Positions 10,037-19,646 of a DNA stretch of 58,523 bases are shown here, piece after piece; position 1 is the first letter of the stretch; each line of letters begins with the position of its first letter. The notes under the pieces are model-generated. The model searched no databases and was not told where the DNA came from. It saw nothing but the letters and a program-made list of their open reading frames with translations. The position numbers were made by a program, and so were the translations under genes. The stretch is taken from the NCBI GenBank assembly GCA_016930295.1, contig JAFGHE010000043.1:1-58523 (forward strand). The letters are read 5' to 3'. The DNA comes from Sedimentisphaerales bacterium (GTDB lineage Bacteria; Planctomycetota; Phycisphaerae; Sedimentisphaerales; SM23-30).

Positions 10037-10309
10037 TTATTTTCCCTCCTCTTTGGGAACGGACATACCATCGAGTTTCTTATCCAGAAACGCCGAGATA
10101 TTCATGAGGCTATCAAGGTTTTCCGGAACCAGCTCATCGTCATCGATTTTAACTTTATAGTTTTCTTCGAGGAAAGTAATCATTTCCAGAATTCCCGTGG
10201 AATCAATAATGCCGTTTTCCAGGAACGACATTTCATCTGTAAGTTGCGCGCTGTCTCCAAAAAGAAAATTCTCAACCACAAATTCACGTATGGTATCGAT
10301 ATTACTCAT
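10037..10309 (-). CDS. Acyl/peptidyl carrier protein (ACP paralogue A)
   Basis: This is a 90-aa acidic protein with the phosphopantetheine Ser motif 'GIIDSTGILE'. A GGAGGG SD lies upstream. Confidence 0.85.
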   Translation of the reverse strand: MSNIDTIREFVVENFLFGDSAQLTDEMSFLENGIIDSTGILEMITFLEENYKVKIDDDELVPENLDSLMNISAFLDKKLDGMSVPKEEGK

Positions 10310-10409
10310 TTAACACACACCCTCCACCAAAAAATAATCAGCAACTATGTCAATCAAAGCAAACATTACGATTTTATGGTATAGGAATAATAACAAAACG
10401 CACTATGAA
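10310..10409 (-). promoter_or_regulatory. Conserved leader upstream of ACP paralogue A, homologous to 12830..12924
   Basis: Read on the coding strand, both leaders share 'gttttgt', 'cgtaat(a/g)tttgcttt', 'ttattttttgg' and 'agggt' in the same order before the ATG. This copy also contains a TTGACA hexamer. Confidence 0.35.
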
Positions 10410-12425
10410 TTAATCAGCATTTTTTACACCGACATAATCCGTTTTATTTTTTCGATCAAAGATGACAGTCCTGGGCAGTTTATCAATAACATTTTCCGTT
10501 CGGGAGGAAAAATCATCTATATAATCTCTGGCTACCATCTGGCTGGACAAAATGCCAACCAGGGCCATATTATCCGTTTCACTGGCTTCCCCGCCATTGA
10601 TTAATTTATTTTTCAATCGATTAACCTTTGCCGGATCAAACAGTCCGGCATTGCTTAACGATGTTTCCGAGAGCATATCATGGACGGATTCCAAAGCCTT
10701 GCCGCTAAACAAACTTTGTTCGATCGGAGCCCGATAAGGATGTTTGGCCCTGTTAACGATATCATCCGGCAGAATTCCCTGGAAAGATTTCTTCAAGATA
10801 TGCTTTTCATTTAAACCCAGAATTTTCCATTTAGAGGGAACACGTCCCATAAATTCCATCAGACGAGGATCCAGATAGGGCAACCTGATTTCTATAGAGT
10901 TTGCCATCGCCACCCGATCCCCCTGTGATGAAAGCAGGTAATTACTTAAAAACAGGGATGTTTCCAGATATTGGGCCCTGGATAATGTATCCCAACCGGC
11001 ATAGCCGTCAGGTAAGGACTCTTTAACCTGTTCGTATCCGTCATACGACCCGATGGCCGCCTTAAGCTCATCAGAAAAAAAGGTTTTGATTTTACCGGTA
11101 TTTTCCCATCGAACAAGATGCGAAAATAACGGATCATCAAACTGATCCAATCCCATGCCAAAAAATGACTCCAACATCCGTTTGAGCCGGGGATTGTCAA
11201 ATATATAAGGATAGAGCTGGCCAATCAGTCCCGGTCGCATCGTGGAATCCGGCTGGCGGGCCCAGAAACGCCTCACTTTGGTCTCCCGAAATATATTATA
11301 TCCCCCAAATATTTCATCCGCACCTTCACCGGTCAGGACAACTTTGATGCCGCTCTGGCGGACCAGTTTTGAAAGCAAAAACAGCGGCACCGGCGCAGTT
11401 CTCAAAAGAGGTTTTTCACAATGCCAGATAACATTATTTAATGATTCGCCGATTTCGTCATTAGTTGCCATGATCTCTTTATGATTGGCCTTAAGGAAAA
11501 ATACCATTCGATTCTGGTATTTACCTTCGTCAAAAGCATCCTCTTCAAAACGAATCCCAAAAGTGCGTACATCACTGTTAAAATTCTGCACGACCAGAGA
11601 CGTCACCCCAGAGGAATCCAGCCCGCCACTTAAATAAGCACCCACCGGCACATCGGCCCGAAGCCGGATTCTCACGGCATCCAGCAGCAACTCATGGATC
11701 TTTTCGCTAATTTCTGCCGGCGATAAATCCACCTGCTCATGACGAGGATAAAAAGGAATATCCCAATATTTATTAATTGATACCTTGCCATGTGCCGCAC
11801 GCAGATAATGACCAGGGGGCAATTCGCAGATATCCTTGAATATCGACACTCCCGGCAAAGTAGTCCAAAACGTAAATATCTGATCCATAGCAACAGGATC
11901 AATCTGGCGCGGAATCTCATCCACCATAAAAATTGATTTAACTTCCGAAGCAAAAATCAAGGTATCCTTATACCGGGTATAATACAAGGGCCTGATTCCG
12001 ATCCGATCCCGGGCTAAAAATAATTCCCTTTTCTTGCTATCCCATATCGCCAAGGCAAATTGCCCATTTAAATCATCCAGGCAGGCAGGCCCTTTCTCCT
12101 CGTACAAGTGCAGAATCACCTCCGTATCACTGGTCGTATAAAATGTATGGCCCTTTTGTACGAGTTTTTCCCTCAGTTCAGGGTAATTATAGACTTCTCC
12201 ATTGTAGATAATCCACATGGTTTTATCTTCATTGTGAATCGGCTGTGTCCCCGAACAAAGGTCAATAATACTCAGGCGCGCATGGCCCAGTCCGACAAAC
12301 GAATCTATATAGATACCTGCTTCATCCGGACCACGGTACTGCATGACCGCCGTCATCCGTTTGAGGGTATCTAAAGACAGAGTATCAGAGCCATTAAACG
12401 AATAAATGCCGGTTATTCCACACAT
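10410..12425 (-). CDS. Asparagine synthase family glutamine amidotransferase (AsnB-like, exosortase-system-type amidotransferase)
   Basis: It has the N-terminal nucleophile 'MCGI', a GATase-2 domain, and the synthetase PP-loop 'YLSGGLDSS'. At 671 aa its size is typical of EPS-associated AsnB paralogues. Confidence 0.9.
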   Translation of the reverse strand: MCGITGIYSFNGSDTLSLDTLKRMTAVMQYRGPDEAGIYIDSFVGLGHARLSIIDLCSGTQPIHNEDKTMWIIYNGEVYNYPELREKLVQKGHTFYTTSDTEVILHLYEEKGPACLDDLNGQFALAIWDSKKRELFLARDRIGIRPLYYTRYKDTLIFASEVKSIFMVDEIPRQIDPVAMDQIFTFWTTLPGVSIFKDICELPPGHYLRAAHGKVSINKYWDIPFYPRHEQVDLSPAEISEKIHELLLDAVRIRLRADVPVGAYLSGGLDSSGVTSLVVQNFNSDVRTFGIRFEEDAFDEGKYQNRMVFFLKANHKEIMATNDEIGESLNNVIWHCEKPLLRTAPVPLFLLSKLVRQSGIKVVLTGEGADEIFGGYNIFRETKVRRFWARQPDSTMRPGLIGQLYPYIFDNPRLKRMLESFFGMGLDQFDDPLFSHLVRWENTGKIKTFFSDELKAAIGSYDGYEQVKESLPDGYAGWDTLSRAQYLETSLFLSNYLLSSQGDRVAMANSIEIRLPYLDPRLMEFMGRVPSKWKILGLNEKHILKKSFQGILPDDIVNRAKHPYRAPIEQSLFSGKALESVHDMLSETSLSNAGLFDPAKVNRLKNKLINGGEASETDNMALVGILSSQMVARDYIDDFSSRTENVIDKLPRTVIFDRKNKTDYVGVKNAD

Positions 12426-12553
12426 AATGTTATCCGATCAAAAAGCACGCCATTCATTCACCTGCTTTTGCCGGACCATCGCGGACGGCCCAGCTGCTTT
12501 GTGTTAACTCAATGGAATAACTCAGGTTAAATACAAATTGCCATACACCTAAA

Positions 12554-12829
12554 TTATCCTACATGTCTTTCCTGAGAATCCGGCACCAGAGCCAGCTTAT
12601 TTTCTACAAAAACAGCTATATTATTTATACTATCCAGATTCTCAGGAACTAGTTCATCATCCTGGATGGAAATACCATAGGTTTCCTCCAGGAAAGAGAT
12701 CACTTCCAAAATCCCCGTGGAATCAATAATACCGTTTTCCAGAAACGACATATCATCCGTAAGCTGCTCGCCGTCTCCAAATAGAAAGTTCTCAACAACA
12801 AACCCACGAATTGTTTCGATATTACTCAT
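12554..12829 (-). CDS. Acyl/peptidyl carrier protein (ACP paralogue B)
   Basis: This 91-aa protein aligns along its whole length with 10037..10309 ('MSNIETIRGFVVENFLFGDGEQLTDDMSFLENGIIDSTGILE'). It shares the same Ser motif and a GGAGGG SD. Confidence 0.85.
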   Translation of the reverse strand: MSNIETIRGFVVENFLFGDGEQLTDDMSFLENGIIDSTGILEVISFLEETYGISIQDDELVPENLDSINNIAVFVENKLALVPDSQERHVG

Positions 12830-12924
12830 CGATCAAAGACCCTCCAAAAAATAAATAGTTACTAAACACACTGGTTAAAGCAAATATTACGCTTTCACTG
12901 CACAGAAATGGCACAAAACATACA
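12830..12924 (-). promoter_or_regulatory. Conserved leader upstream of ACP paralogue B, homologous to 10310..10409
   Basis: It carries the same ordered sequence blocks as the other ACP leader, so homology spans the whole intergenic spacer. Confidence 0.35.
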
Positions 12925-15069
12925 TTAATCAATATTCGGTACATTAATCAATTTTAATGCTGTCATAAAATTCGTCGCATTGTCACGGGCAATGCCAAAG
13001 TCCAATGCATTAACAAAACGATCCCGGTTGAAATCATACTGATCGTCGATCAAAGCCGGACTGAGAAAATTCCGAGGATGGTCCCGCACTCCGCCGGTAT
13101 CGAAAGCATTCACCTCGGCTTTCGATGGATCATTACCCGTCTCGCCAATGGCGTTACCAAAATAGAATACGTCATTTCCAGTCAATCCTGTGTTTTCGGT
13201 AGCCATAACCACAACCTGCAACCACTGCTTTTCAATAGCGTTATCCGCCCAGATGATGGTCACGCGATCTGAACCATCCACTCCTTCACCGGGTCGTACG
13301 ATAATGTGTTGTGGGTAAGGTGCCATGGACCAGGAGTTTGGATCGTCATTGTTGCCAACACGGAACTCAAAGTCGCCATCGCCAAGGTTTCCCCTATCCG
13401 CTAAATTAGCCATATCCACTATAATCCCATTGATCCCCCGGCAATAACTGGTGTAATTCGCAAAGTGTGCTATCTGTCCTGGTAAAAGTGCCTGCTTGTC
13501 AATACCGATGGCATTATCGTCATCGGCATTGAAGTTTGGATCATTTCCGTCAAAATAAGAGTTATTATAAAAGATATAGCGGCCAACAACATCGCATTGC
13601 GGGCCGGTCACCAGTTCAATACCACTGCCAATACCAAGATTGCGGGAATATTGTTTATCAATGGGATTATTCCAATGTTCATGAACGCCGAGACTCTGCA
13701 ATCTTGTACCATCTCCCTCTGGATCGTAAAACGTACCCGAAGGTGGATTATCGGCCAGAGCAGCTTCATGCAGATAATTATCAGCATTATCCCATAGAGA
13801 CCACTCCATGCGTAAAAAATCCAAGCCCACCGAATCAATCGCCACCGGATCCTGGGAAACAAAAATACTCGAGGGCCAATCGTGATTGAAGGGAGGCGAA
13901 TTCCATATTTGGGGAGGATTGTTAACACGATCACTTCCGTATAAACCATCAATAACATATAACATTGTTTTGGCTCCGATATTGTTACATCCTATTAAAT
14001 CTACGGTGGGGTCATAACTGGCCATCCCTCTAACAAGGCACCGTATAGAGGGATGTAATTCGGAAGGCCCGTAGATAGTACCTAAATTATTTTTACCACA
14101 AAGACTTACTGCTGCTCGTATGTCATGTACTTTTAATATGGCTATATTTATCATATATTCTGCATCAAGTACATATTGGGGTACCCTGCGTGCATTAGAA
14201 TCTGTAATTTCAGCAGAATAAGTAATACTGTCATTGACCCATTGTACACTGGGATTATAATTTACATTTGGAAAGTCCGGATAACAATAATCAGATACGA
14301 GTTCTATTGGTCTTATTGCATCATATATCGTAATTGCCTGTTGATTAATCCCTGCGTCCTGGACTAATTGCTTGAGAAAACCATATACCAGATGAGGCGT
14401 TGCATCAATCTCGCCTTCTTCGCCGCGATTATTCATATTAATTTTGATAACAATCTGTTCTCCTGACTGGTAACCGATATTTCCCTTTCCATTATTTTGA
14501 TTATAATGCCTGAATAGTTCATCCCATGCTAAAGTATCTTCTGTTTGACCTGTCAGCCATCGCAGAGATTTTGATATCATAGCTTCGACCACGTTGGGAT
14601 CTGTATTTGAATATTCATACCAATCGCCATTCAGGCCATCCCAGGACGTGGCGTCCGGATCATGGACCCAAACAACTCTGCCTGGATGAATCCCCCGGGC
14701 TACGCCGATGGGGGAATTATACGGATCCGATGGCACAAAATCTCCCCTGGCGGGTTTCTGCGCAATATGTATAGTAAGCCATGCAGTTGTCAATCCCAGA
14801 AAAACTAATACTGCTGCAATGACCGGATACGATTGTCTCATTTTTTTGTGTGCCAGACGAAACACCCATGCGGTCCCGAAAATTCCCGCTACATAGGATA
14901 CAAAACTTGATGCGATCGGAAAAGCTGCCCGCTGGCATGGATACGCAGCTCGACTGGGCTTTGGAATCACACGGATAAGAAACCACAGTAATGCCAGCAA
15001 ACCGGTGAAGATAAAGAAGAGCCTGGCGAGACAGTAATACAGCCGACTAATAGTATTCCCTGTTTTCAT
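12925..15069 (-). CDS. Membrane-anchored DUF362-like protein with C-terminal dockerin/EF-hand-like loops
   Basis: There are N-terminal TM helices. DUF362-like blocks are 'GEQIVIKINMNNRG..ATPHLVYGFLKQLV' and 'INIAILKVHDIRAAVSLCGKNNLGTI'. The C-terminus has 'DFNRDRFVNALDFGIARDN', which resembles a dockerin-type Ca loop. Confidence 0.55.
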   Translation of the reverse strand: MKTGNTISRLYYCLARLFFIFTGLLALLWFLIRVIPKPSRAAYPCQRAAFPIASSFVSYVAGIFGTAWVFRLAHKKMRQSYPVIAAVLVFLGLTTAWLTIHIAQKPARGDFVPSDPYNSPIGVARGIHPGRVVWVHDPDATSWDGLNGDWYEYSNTDPNVVEAMISKSLRWLTGQTEDTLAWDELFRHYNQNNGKGNIGYQSGEQIVIKINMNNRGEEGEIDATPHLVYGFLKQLVQDAGINQQAITIYDAIRPIELVSDYCYPDFPNVNYNPSVQWVNDSITYSAEITDSNARRVPQYVLDAEYMINIAILKVHDIRAAVSLCGKNNLGTIYGPSELHPSIRCLVRGMASYDPTVDLIGCNNIGAKTMLYVIDGLYGSDRVNNPPQIWNSPPFNHDWPSSIFVSQDPVAIDSVGLDFLRMEWSLWDNADNYLHEAALADNPPSGTFYDPEGDGTRLQSLGVHEHWNNPIDKQYSRNLGIGSGIELVTGPQCDVVGRYIFYNNSYFDGNDPNFNADDDNAIGIDKQALLPGQIAHFANYTSYCRGINGIIVDMANLADRGNLGDGDFEFRVGNNDDPNSWSMAPYPQHIIVRPGEGVDGSDRVTIIWADNAIEKQWLQVVVMATENTGLTGNDVFYFGNAIGETGNDPSKAEVNAFDTGGVRDHPRNFLSPALIDDQYDFNRDRFVNALDFGIARDNATNFMTALKLINVPNID

Positions 15070-15303
15070 GAATAATCCCTCCTTTGCTGGAGATTGGATC
15101 TGATTTTCTGGATATTTTGACTCGTGTATGATACGTATGCCTCTGAAATCATCATTTAATCATCATTTTCTAACATAATCGAATCCCAAGTTAATCCACG
15201 TCACCAATGAATATCGATCAACTTCCATTCCACTTGAACGCTTCCTGACTGAGTAGAATACGGATTATTTTTCATAACATCGAAGCTGCCGGAATATATC
15301 GGT

Positions 15304-15732
15304 TTATTTCTCTTTACTATTCAATCGTCCCGCCTTTGTATCCGTATCAATAAGTTCAATATTTAAACCCTGTTTTGCATAAACAAAAGCAATATTGTTA
15401 TCATTAAAAGCCTCACCGGGTTCAGGTCCATGAAGTTTTCGCATACCTAAACTCTGGAGCCGTTTGAGTTCAGACTCAATTTCATTACATTTGAAACATA
15501 AATGGTGCAAACCACCGCCCTTTTTCGCAAATATATAGATTGGAGAAGTGTCATCGACGGGCTCTATTAATTTAACAGTAAGCGACCCTTTTTTTTCTAA
15601 AAATACCACTTTTACCTTTTGCCTGGAGTTCTCAATGATATTTGTAATTTGCCGGTATCCGAAAGCCTTTTCCCAATGTTCAATACCTTTTTCTACGGAT
15701 CTCACTACAATTCCAATATGATCTATTATCAT
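15304..15732 (-). CDS. VOC-family protein (glyoxalase / methylmalonyl-CoA epimerase-like)
   Basis: The start 'MIIDHIGIVVRSVEKGIEHWEKAFGY' and a 'GGGLHHLCF' metal-ligand block are typical. At 142 aa the size fits the family. Confidence 0.75.
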   Translation of the reverse strand: MIIDHIGIVVRSVEKGIEHWEKAFGYRQITNIIENSRQKVKVVFLEKKGSLTVKLIEPVDDTSPIYIFAKKGGGLHHLCFKCNEIESELKRLQSLGMRKLHGPEPGEAFNDNNIAFVYAKQGLNIELIDTDTKAGRLNSKEK

Positions 15733-15754
15733 TTAACCTTTTCCTGTCCGGATT

Positions 15755-17242
15755 TTACATTTTTCTTCTAATACTATACAGGCCTGCACAACAGGCAAGG
15801 AAGCAAATAAATCCTAAAGCGATTGTATTAATAAGGGGACTCCAATCAAATAAAAATATAAGGATTGCAGCGACAATAACAAATATGGAACTAAAAACTC
15901 CAGCAATGAAAGCTGACAAATACTCCGAAAATGTCAGGGCGATAAGTGTTCTCATCTGAATTACCTGAGATAACAATGTTATCAGGTTAGCAACAAGCAA
16001 TACACCGGCGGCCCCCTCTATACTAAAATATTTAATTGCCGGGTATATAAGTAGCAGGGTTAGCAAGGCTCTCAGGCCTACAAATCGTCTGACATAATTG
16101 GGAAGTCCAAGAGACAACAAAATGGAAACAAAATAGAAGCTTTTTGTTCGAACAAGGATATAGAGAAAAAGCAGATCAAATGCAATATTAATAGATGCAT
16201 AATCAGGCCCAAACGCAATCGACAGTATTTCCTTAGAACATGTCAGTACAAAAACAGCAACGGGAAATGAAATAATGGCCGTCGTCCTTGTCATTATTAT
16301 CAATCCCTTGCATAAAGCGGCTTTGTCGTCCTGTTTTGCGGAAAAAGCGGGTAATAAAACCGGATTGATCACTTTTGAAAATAATTGCCGTGGTATTTGA
16401 GCCAAAAACTTGGCCTGAGAATACATACCGAACATAGCCGGAGCCACGAGTTTTCCCAAAATGATTCCATCCAGTTCCATTGCTATCATAGTCAATACCG
16501 GCATGCCGAGCATTCTTCGGGCAAAGGTAATTAATTCATTAAAGCTCTGTCGTTCGCAGTGAAGACTGGGCATGAACGGACATATTATAAAAGACAGAAC
16601 ACAGCGTATTACAGCTTCAACACTGAATCCAATAACCAGGGCCCAGATATTACATGATATTGTATAAGCGTAAATCAAGGTAATCACAGTTCCCATCAGA
16701 GCGCTGCCCTGCATAATAAGCATCAAACGCCCAAACTGGAAGTTTTTACGAAGAACGTGCGCTCCCGGACTCATAATTCCATTGAATGCAATAGCTAAAA
16801 ATGATATTCTTATCAGAAGGATGAGTTCCTTCTTGTTATACAAATCAAGCATTTCCGGTTTATCATCAAAGTAAAATCCGCAAATCACAGGAGCAAGAGC
16901 ATATGCCAATAAAAATAATCCCATGCCTCGTAGTGTCTGGAACCACCAGGCAACATTCATATATGCGAATTTGTCGCCTTTTTTGTTTTGGATTATTGAT
17001 TGTTTGATACCTACTTCTGTTATTGCTTCACATACTGTCGATATGGCTAATATTATACCCCAAAGACCAAAGTCTTCCTTTAGCAATAACCGTGCCAGGA
17101 TCATTCTGGCCACCAGCCTGAGGAATCGTTCAAAGACGGTACCCACACCAAGCAAGGTTACACCCCTAACGCATTTGGCCTTGGTGCTGCTGCTATTAAG
17201 AAAAGTGATCAGCTTGAAATAGAGTTGTCCGATAATGCTCAT
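15755..17242 (-). CDS. wzx: Polysaccharide flippase (Wzx-like, MOP superfamily)
   Basis: This 495-aa protein is hydrophobic throughout, with roughly 12-14 predicted TM segments. Its N-terminus ('GVTLLGVGTVFERFLRLVARMILARLL') is typical of polysaccharide biosynthesis proteins. Confidence 0.8.
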   Translation of the reverse strand: MSIIGQLYFKLITFLNSSSTKAKCVRGVTLLGVGTVFERFLRLVARMILARLLLKEDFGLWGIILAISTVCEAITEVGIKQSIIQNKKGDKFAYMNVAWWFQTLRGMGLFLLAYALAPVICGFYFDDKPEMLDLYNKKELILLIRISFLAIAFNGIMSPGAHVLRKNFQFGRLMLIMQGSALMGTVITLIYAYTISCNIWALVIGFSVEAVIRCVLSFIICPFMPSLHCERQSFNELITFARRMLGMPVLTMIAMELDGIILGKLVAPAMFGMYSQAKFLAQIPRQLFSKVINPVLLPAFSAKQDDKAALCKGLIIMTRTTAIISFPVAVFVLTCSKEILSIAFGPDYASINIAFDLLFLYILVRTKSFYFVSILLSLGLPNYVRRFVGLRALLTLLLIYPAIKYFSIEGAAGVLLVANLITLLSQVIQMRTLIALTFSEYLSAFIAGVFSSIFVIVAAILIFLFDWSPLINTIALGFICFLACCAGLYSIRRKM

Positions 17243-17326
17243 GACCTGATCAAAATATCCTGGAACCGATCATTTCAGGTATTTATTATTGAGAAACAAT
17301 ACAATTCCAAAAAAGGGAATATGTTA

Positions 17327-18316
17327 TTAAAAAACATCCATATAAAATCGATCCACCGACGTGATATTTAAACGATCAATAAATGGAATATAATACAGAT
17401 TAAATTGCTTTGGCGTTTTATAAAAACCCAAGGACTCAAAAAATTTACTGTCAAAATGCCCCAGGTCGGGAATACAAACGGTATCGATATCCTTCCAATA
17501 AGGATCCAGTAAAATTGTCTTCAGAAAAGACTGGATCTGAATATCAGTCATGCCATCAAAAGCGATTTTTTCCACATACGCATTAATGGTGTCCTTTTCA
17601 CCCAGGAATGATTTCTGAATTATATTAAAAATACCCATAACCTTCGCGTCATTTCTGTATATCCATGTTTTTGTAAGAGGACGATCTTTAAAAACATAAT
17701 CAATGTCAACTTCAGAAATAATTTCCGCCACATCCAATTGATGATTTGCTGAGTTAATAAGTTCCATGCATTGTTGTTTAAACTCAGAAGAATAGGAAAA
17801 GACATTCGGGTCTTCGTCCGCCTGAATACGCCTGCATACCATGCGAGGTAATGCAGCCATCTGTGAAAAATATTTAAGAAATCGAAAAGATTCCTTCAAA
17901 CGTGAATATACAGACTTATTACTCCAGTCGGCAATAGAATTACGATGAGTAACTGTAAAAAGTCCGGCAAAATCCTTGTCTCTTGCTTTGCTTAATAAAT
18001 CTTTATGAAGTTTCAGTGCAATTTCTCGACCCCTGAATTGTTTACTTGCCGTCCACCAGGTAGCGAACACCACCGGATATATTTCATCGTTGACGCTGAC
18101 ACGGTATGGGGCAAAATATTCATATCCTGCGAGCTGGTCGCCGCAATATACTCCCAGGCTTAGTGAAGGATCTCCGGAAGGCCTGTTAATATAACTACTA
18201 AGGACATCCGGCGTATAATCCCAGCGCGGTTTTCCCCAGGTATTTGACATTAAATCTGAAACTTCATCAAGGTCGGGATTATATACAAATTTTTCATCTG
18301 TCTCATTAGTTGACAT
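17327..18316 (-). CDS. Hypothetical protein, possibly a GNAT-fold acyltransferase
   Basis: 'VVFATWWTASKQFRGREIALKLHKDLL' resembles a GNAT acyl-CoA-binding motif. Its start overlaps the decarboxylase stop by 11 nt, suggesting translational coupling. No stronger motif was recognised. Confidence 0.4.
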   Translation of the reverse strand: MSTNETDEKFVYNPDLDEVSDLMSNTWGKPRWDYTPDVLSSYINRPSGDPSLSLGVYCGDQLAGYEYFAPYRVSVNDEIYPVVFATWWTASKQFRGREIALKLHKDLLSKARDKDFAGLFTVTHRNSIADWSNKSVYSRLKESFRFLKYFSQMAALPRMVCRRIQADEDPNVFSYSSEFKQQCMELINSANHQLDVAEIISEVDIDYVFKDRPLTKTWIYRNDAKVMGIFNIIQKSFLGEKDTINAYVEKIAFDGMTDIQIQSFLKTILLDPYWKDIDTVCIPDLGHFDSKFFESLGFYKTPKQFNLYYIPFIDRLNITSVDRFYMDVF

Positions 18317-19646
18317 TTCTTTGTTCTCCTAATTTACTATTCGACCCTAATGGTGCGTCCTGAAAACTATCATTAATGATTTGACTTTCCATGAGACGTA
18401 CAGTCCCATTTTCAGCGATTAATTCAGGCGGCACGGGGTGACTGCGGAAGCCCAGAGGGCTGGCCGAACGAGCGTAAGCACCGGACTGGAAAAAAACAAG
18501 TATATCACCCGTTTCCACCGTCGGCAATTCTACCTCTCTGGCCAGTGTATCCAAAGCACTGCATTGACGCCCGGTAATATCGTACTTATGGGTTTTGTCC
18601 CCGACCAGACGGTTAGCAACAACTATGGGGAAATTACGTTTGATAACATGACCAAGATTCCCCGACGCAGCCAGGTGATGGTGCATTCCTCCGTCAACAA
18701 TAATAAACTGCCTGCCATAACTGCTTTTTTGTCCGATTACACGTGTCACATACAAACCACCTTCTGAAAGAAGGTATCTGCCCGGCTCAATTACCAGCCT
18801 TGCCTGAGACAATCCTTCGTGTTTTTGTACCTGTTTAATAATCGGCCCTAACTGTTGCCCAAATTCATCAATTGCAAACTCTTTTTCATTTGAATAATAA
18901 GGAACTCCGAATCCACCACTAAAATCAATAGTTCTCAGTTTACACCCGCTCATGCTGACTAACTGTTTAGCCATCTCGAAGGCATACTCATAACACCCTA
19001 ACAAGAGTTCTTTGTTCAGGATCTGCGTGCCGAAATAAACATGGATTCCGCATAATTCCAGGTTTTCCGAACAGATAATCTTTTGTGCCGCCTTTCCAAG
19101 GTCAGCCTCGTCAAATCCATAGGCAGCCGCTTTTTCTGCCATCACAATTTTTCCCTCTCTGCATACCTGTCCCGGATTTAATCGAATTGCCACCTGAACC
19201 TTTTCGTCATGCTTTTTTGCCAGAATCGATAATTTCTCGATTTCTTCAATCGATTCGACATGTATTTCACAAACACCGGTTACAATTCCGGCATCCAGTT
19301 CTTTCTCTGTTTTTCCGGCGCCTGCAAGTATGATTTTACCAGGCGGACAATTGCATTTACATGCAAGTATAAGCTCGCCTCTGGTAGCAACATTTAATCC
19401 GCAGCCTTCATCCATTATTATCTGAATAACATCCGGAGCAGGATTTGCCTTCACTGAATAATATATTTCAAATCCAGGTAACGCCCGGGTAACTTTCCTG
19501 ATTTTCATCCTGAATACTTCCGGGCTATACAGATAAAATGGTGTTTCATGACGGCGTACTATTTCGGTTATTGGCAGTTTCCCAATAACAAGCTGACCAT
19601 CGGAGACATCATAATATTCTTTTATTATCAGTTGAGCATGATTCAT
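18306..19646 (-). CDS. PLP-dependent decarboxylase (Orn/DAP/Arg decarboxylase family 2, LysA-like)
   Basis: The PLP-Lys motif 'YYSVKANP' is present, along with 'FSGGFGVPYY', 'EPGRYL' and 'CSALD'. There is a 4-nt ATGA-type overlap with the upstream ligase. Confidence 0.88.
   Translation of the reverse strand: MNHAQLIIKEYYDVSDGQLVIGKLPITEIVRRHETPFYLYSPEVFRMKIRKVTRALPGFEIYYSVKANPAPDVIQIIMDEGCGLNVATRGELILACKCNCPPGKIILAGAGKTEKELDAGIVTGVCEIHVESIEEIEKLSILAKKHDEKVQVAIRLNPGQVCREGKIVMAEKAAAYGFDEADLGKAAQKIICSENLELCGIHVYFGTQILNKELLLGCYEYAFEMAKQLVSMSGCKLRTIDFSGGFGVPYYSNEKEFAIDEFGQQLGPIIKQVQKHEGLSQARLVIEPGRYLLSEGGLYVTRVIGQKSSYGRQFIIVDGGMHHHLAASGNLGHVIKRNFPIVVANRLVGDKTHKYDITGRQCSALDTLAREVELPTVETGDILVFFQSGAYARSASPLGFRSHPVPPELIAENGTVRLMESQIINDSFQDAPLGSNSKLGEQRNVN

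Noticed and set aside
12909-12914. TGGCAC hexamer, a possible sigma-54 -24 element near the ACP-B leader
   Set aside because: It is on the plus strand while the flanking genes are on the minus strand, and no TTGC -12 element follows at the required spacing.
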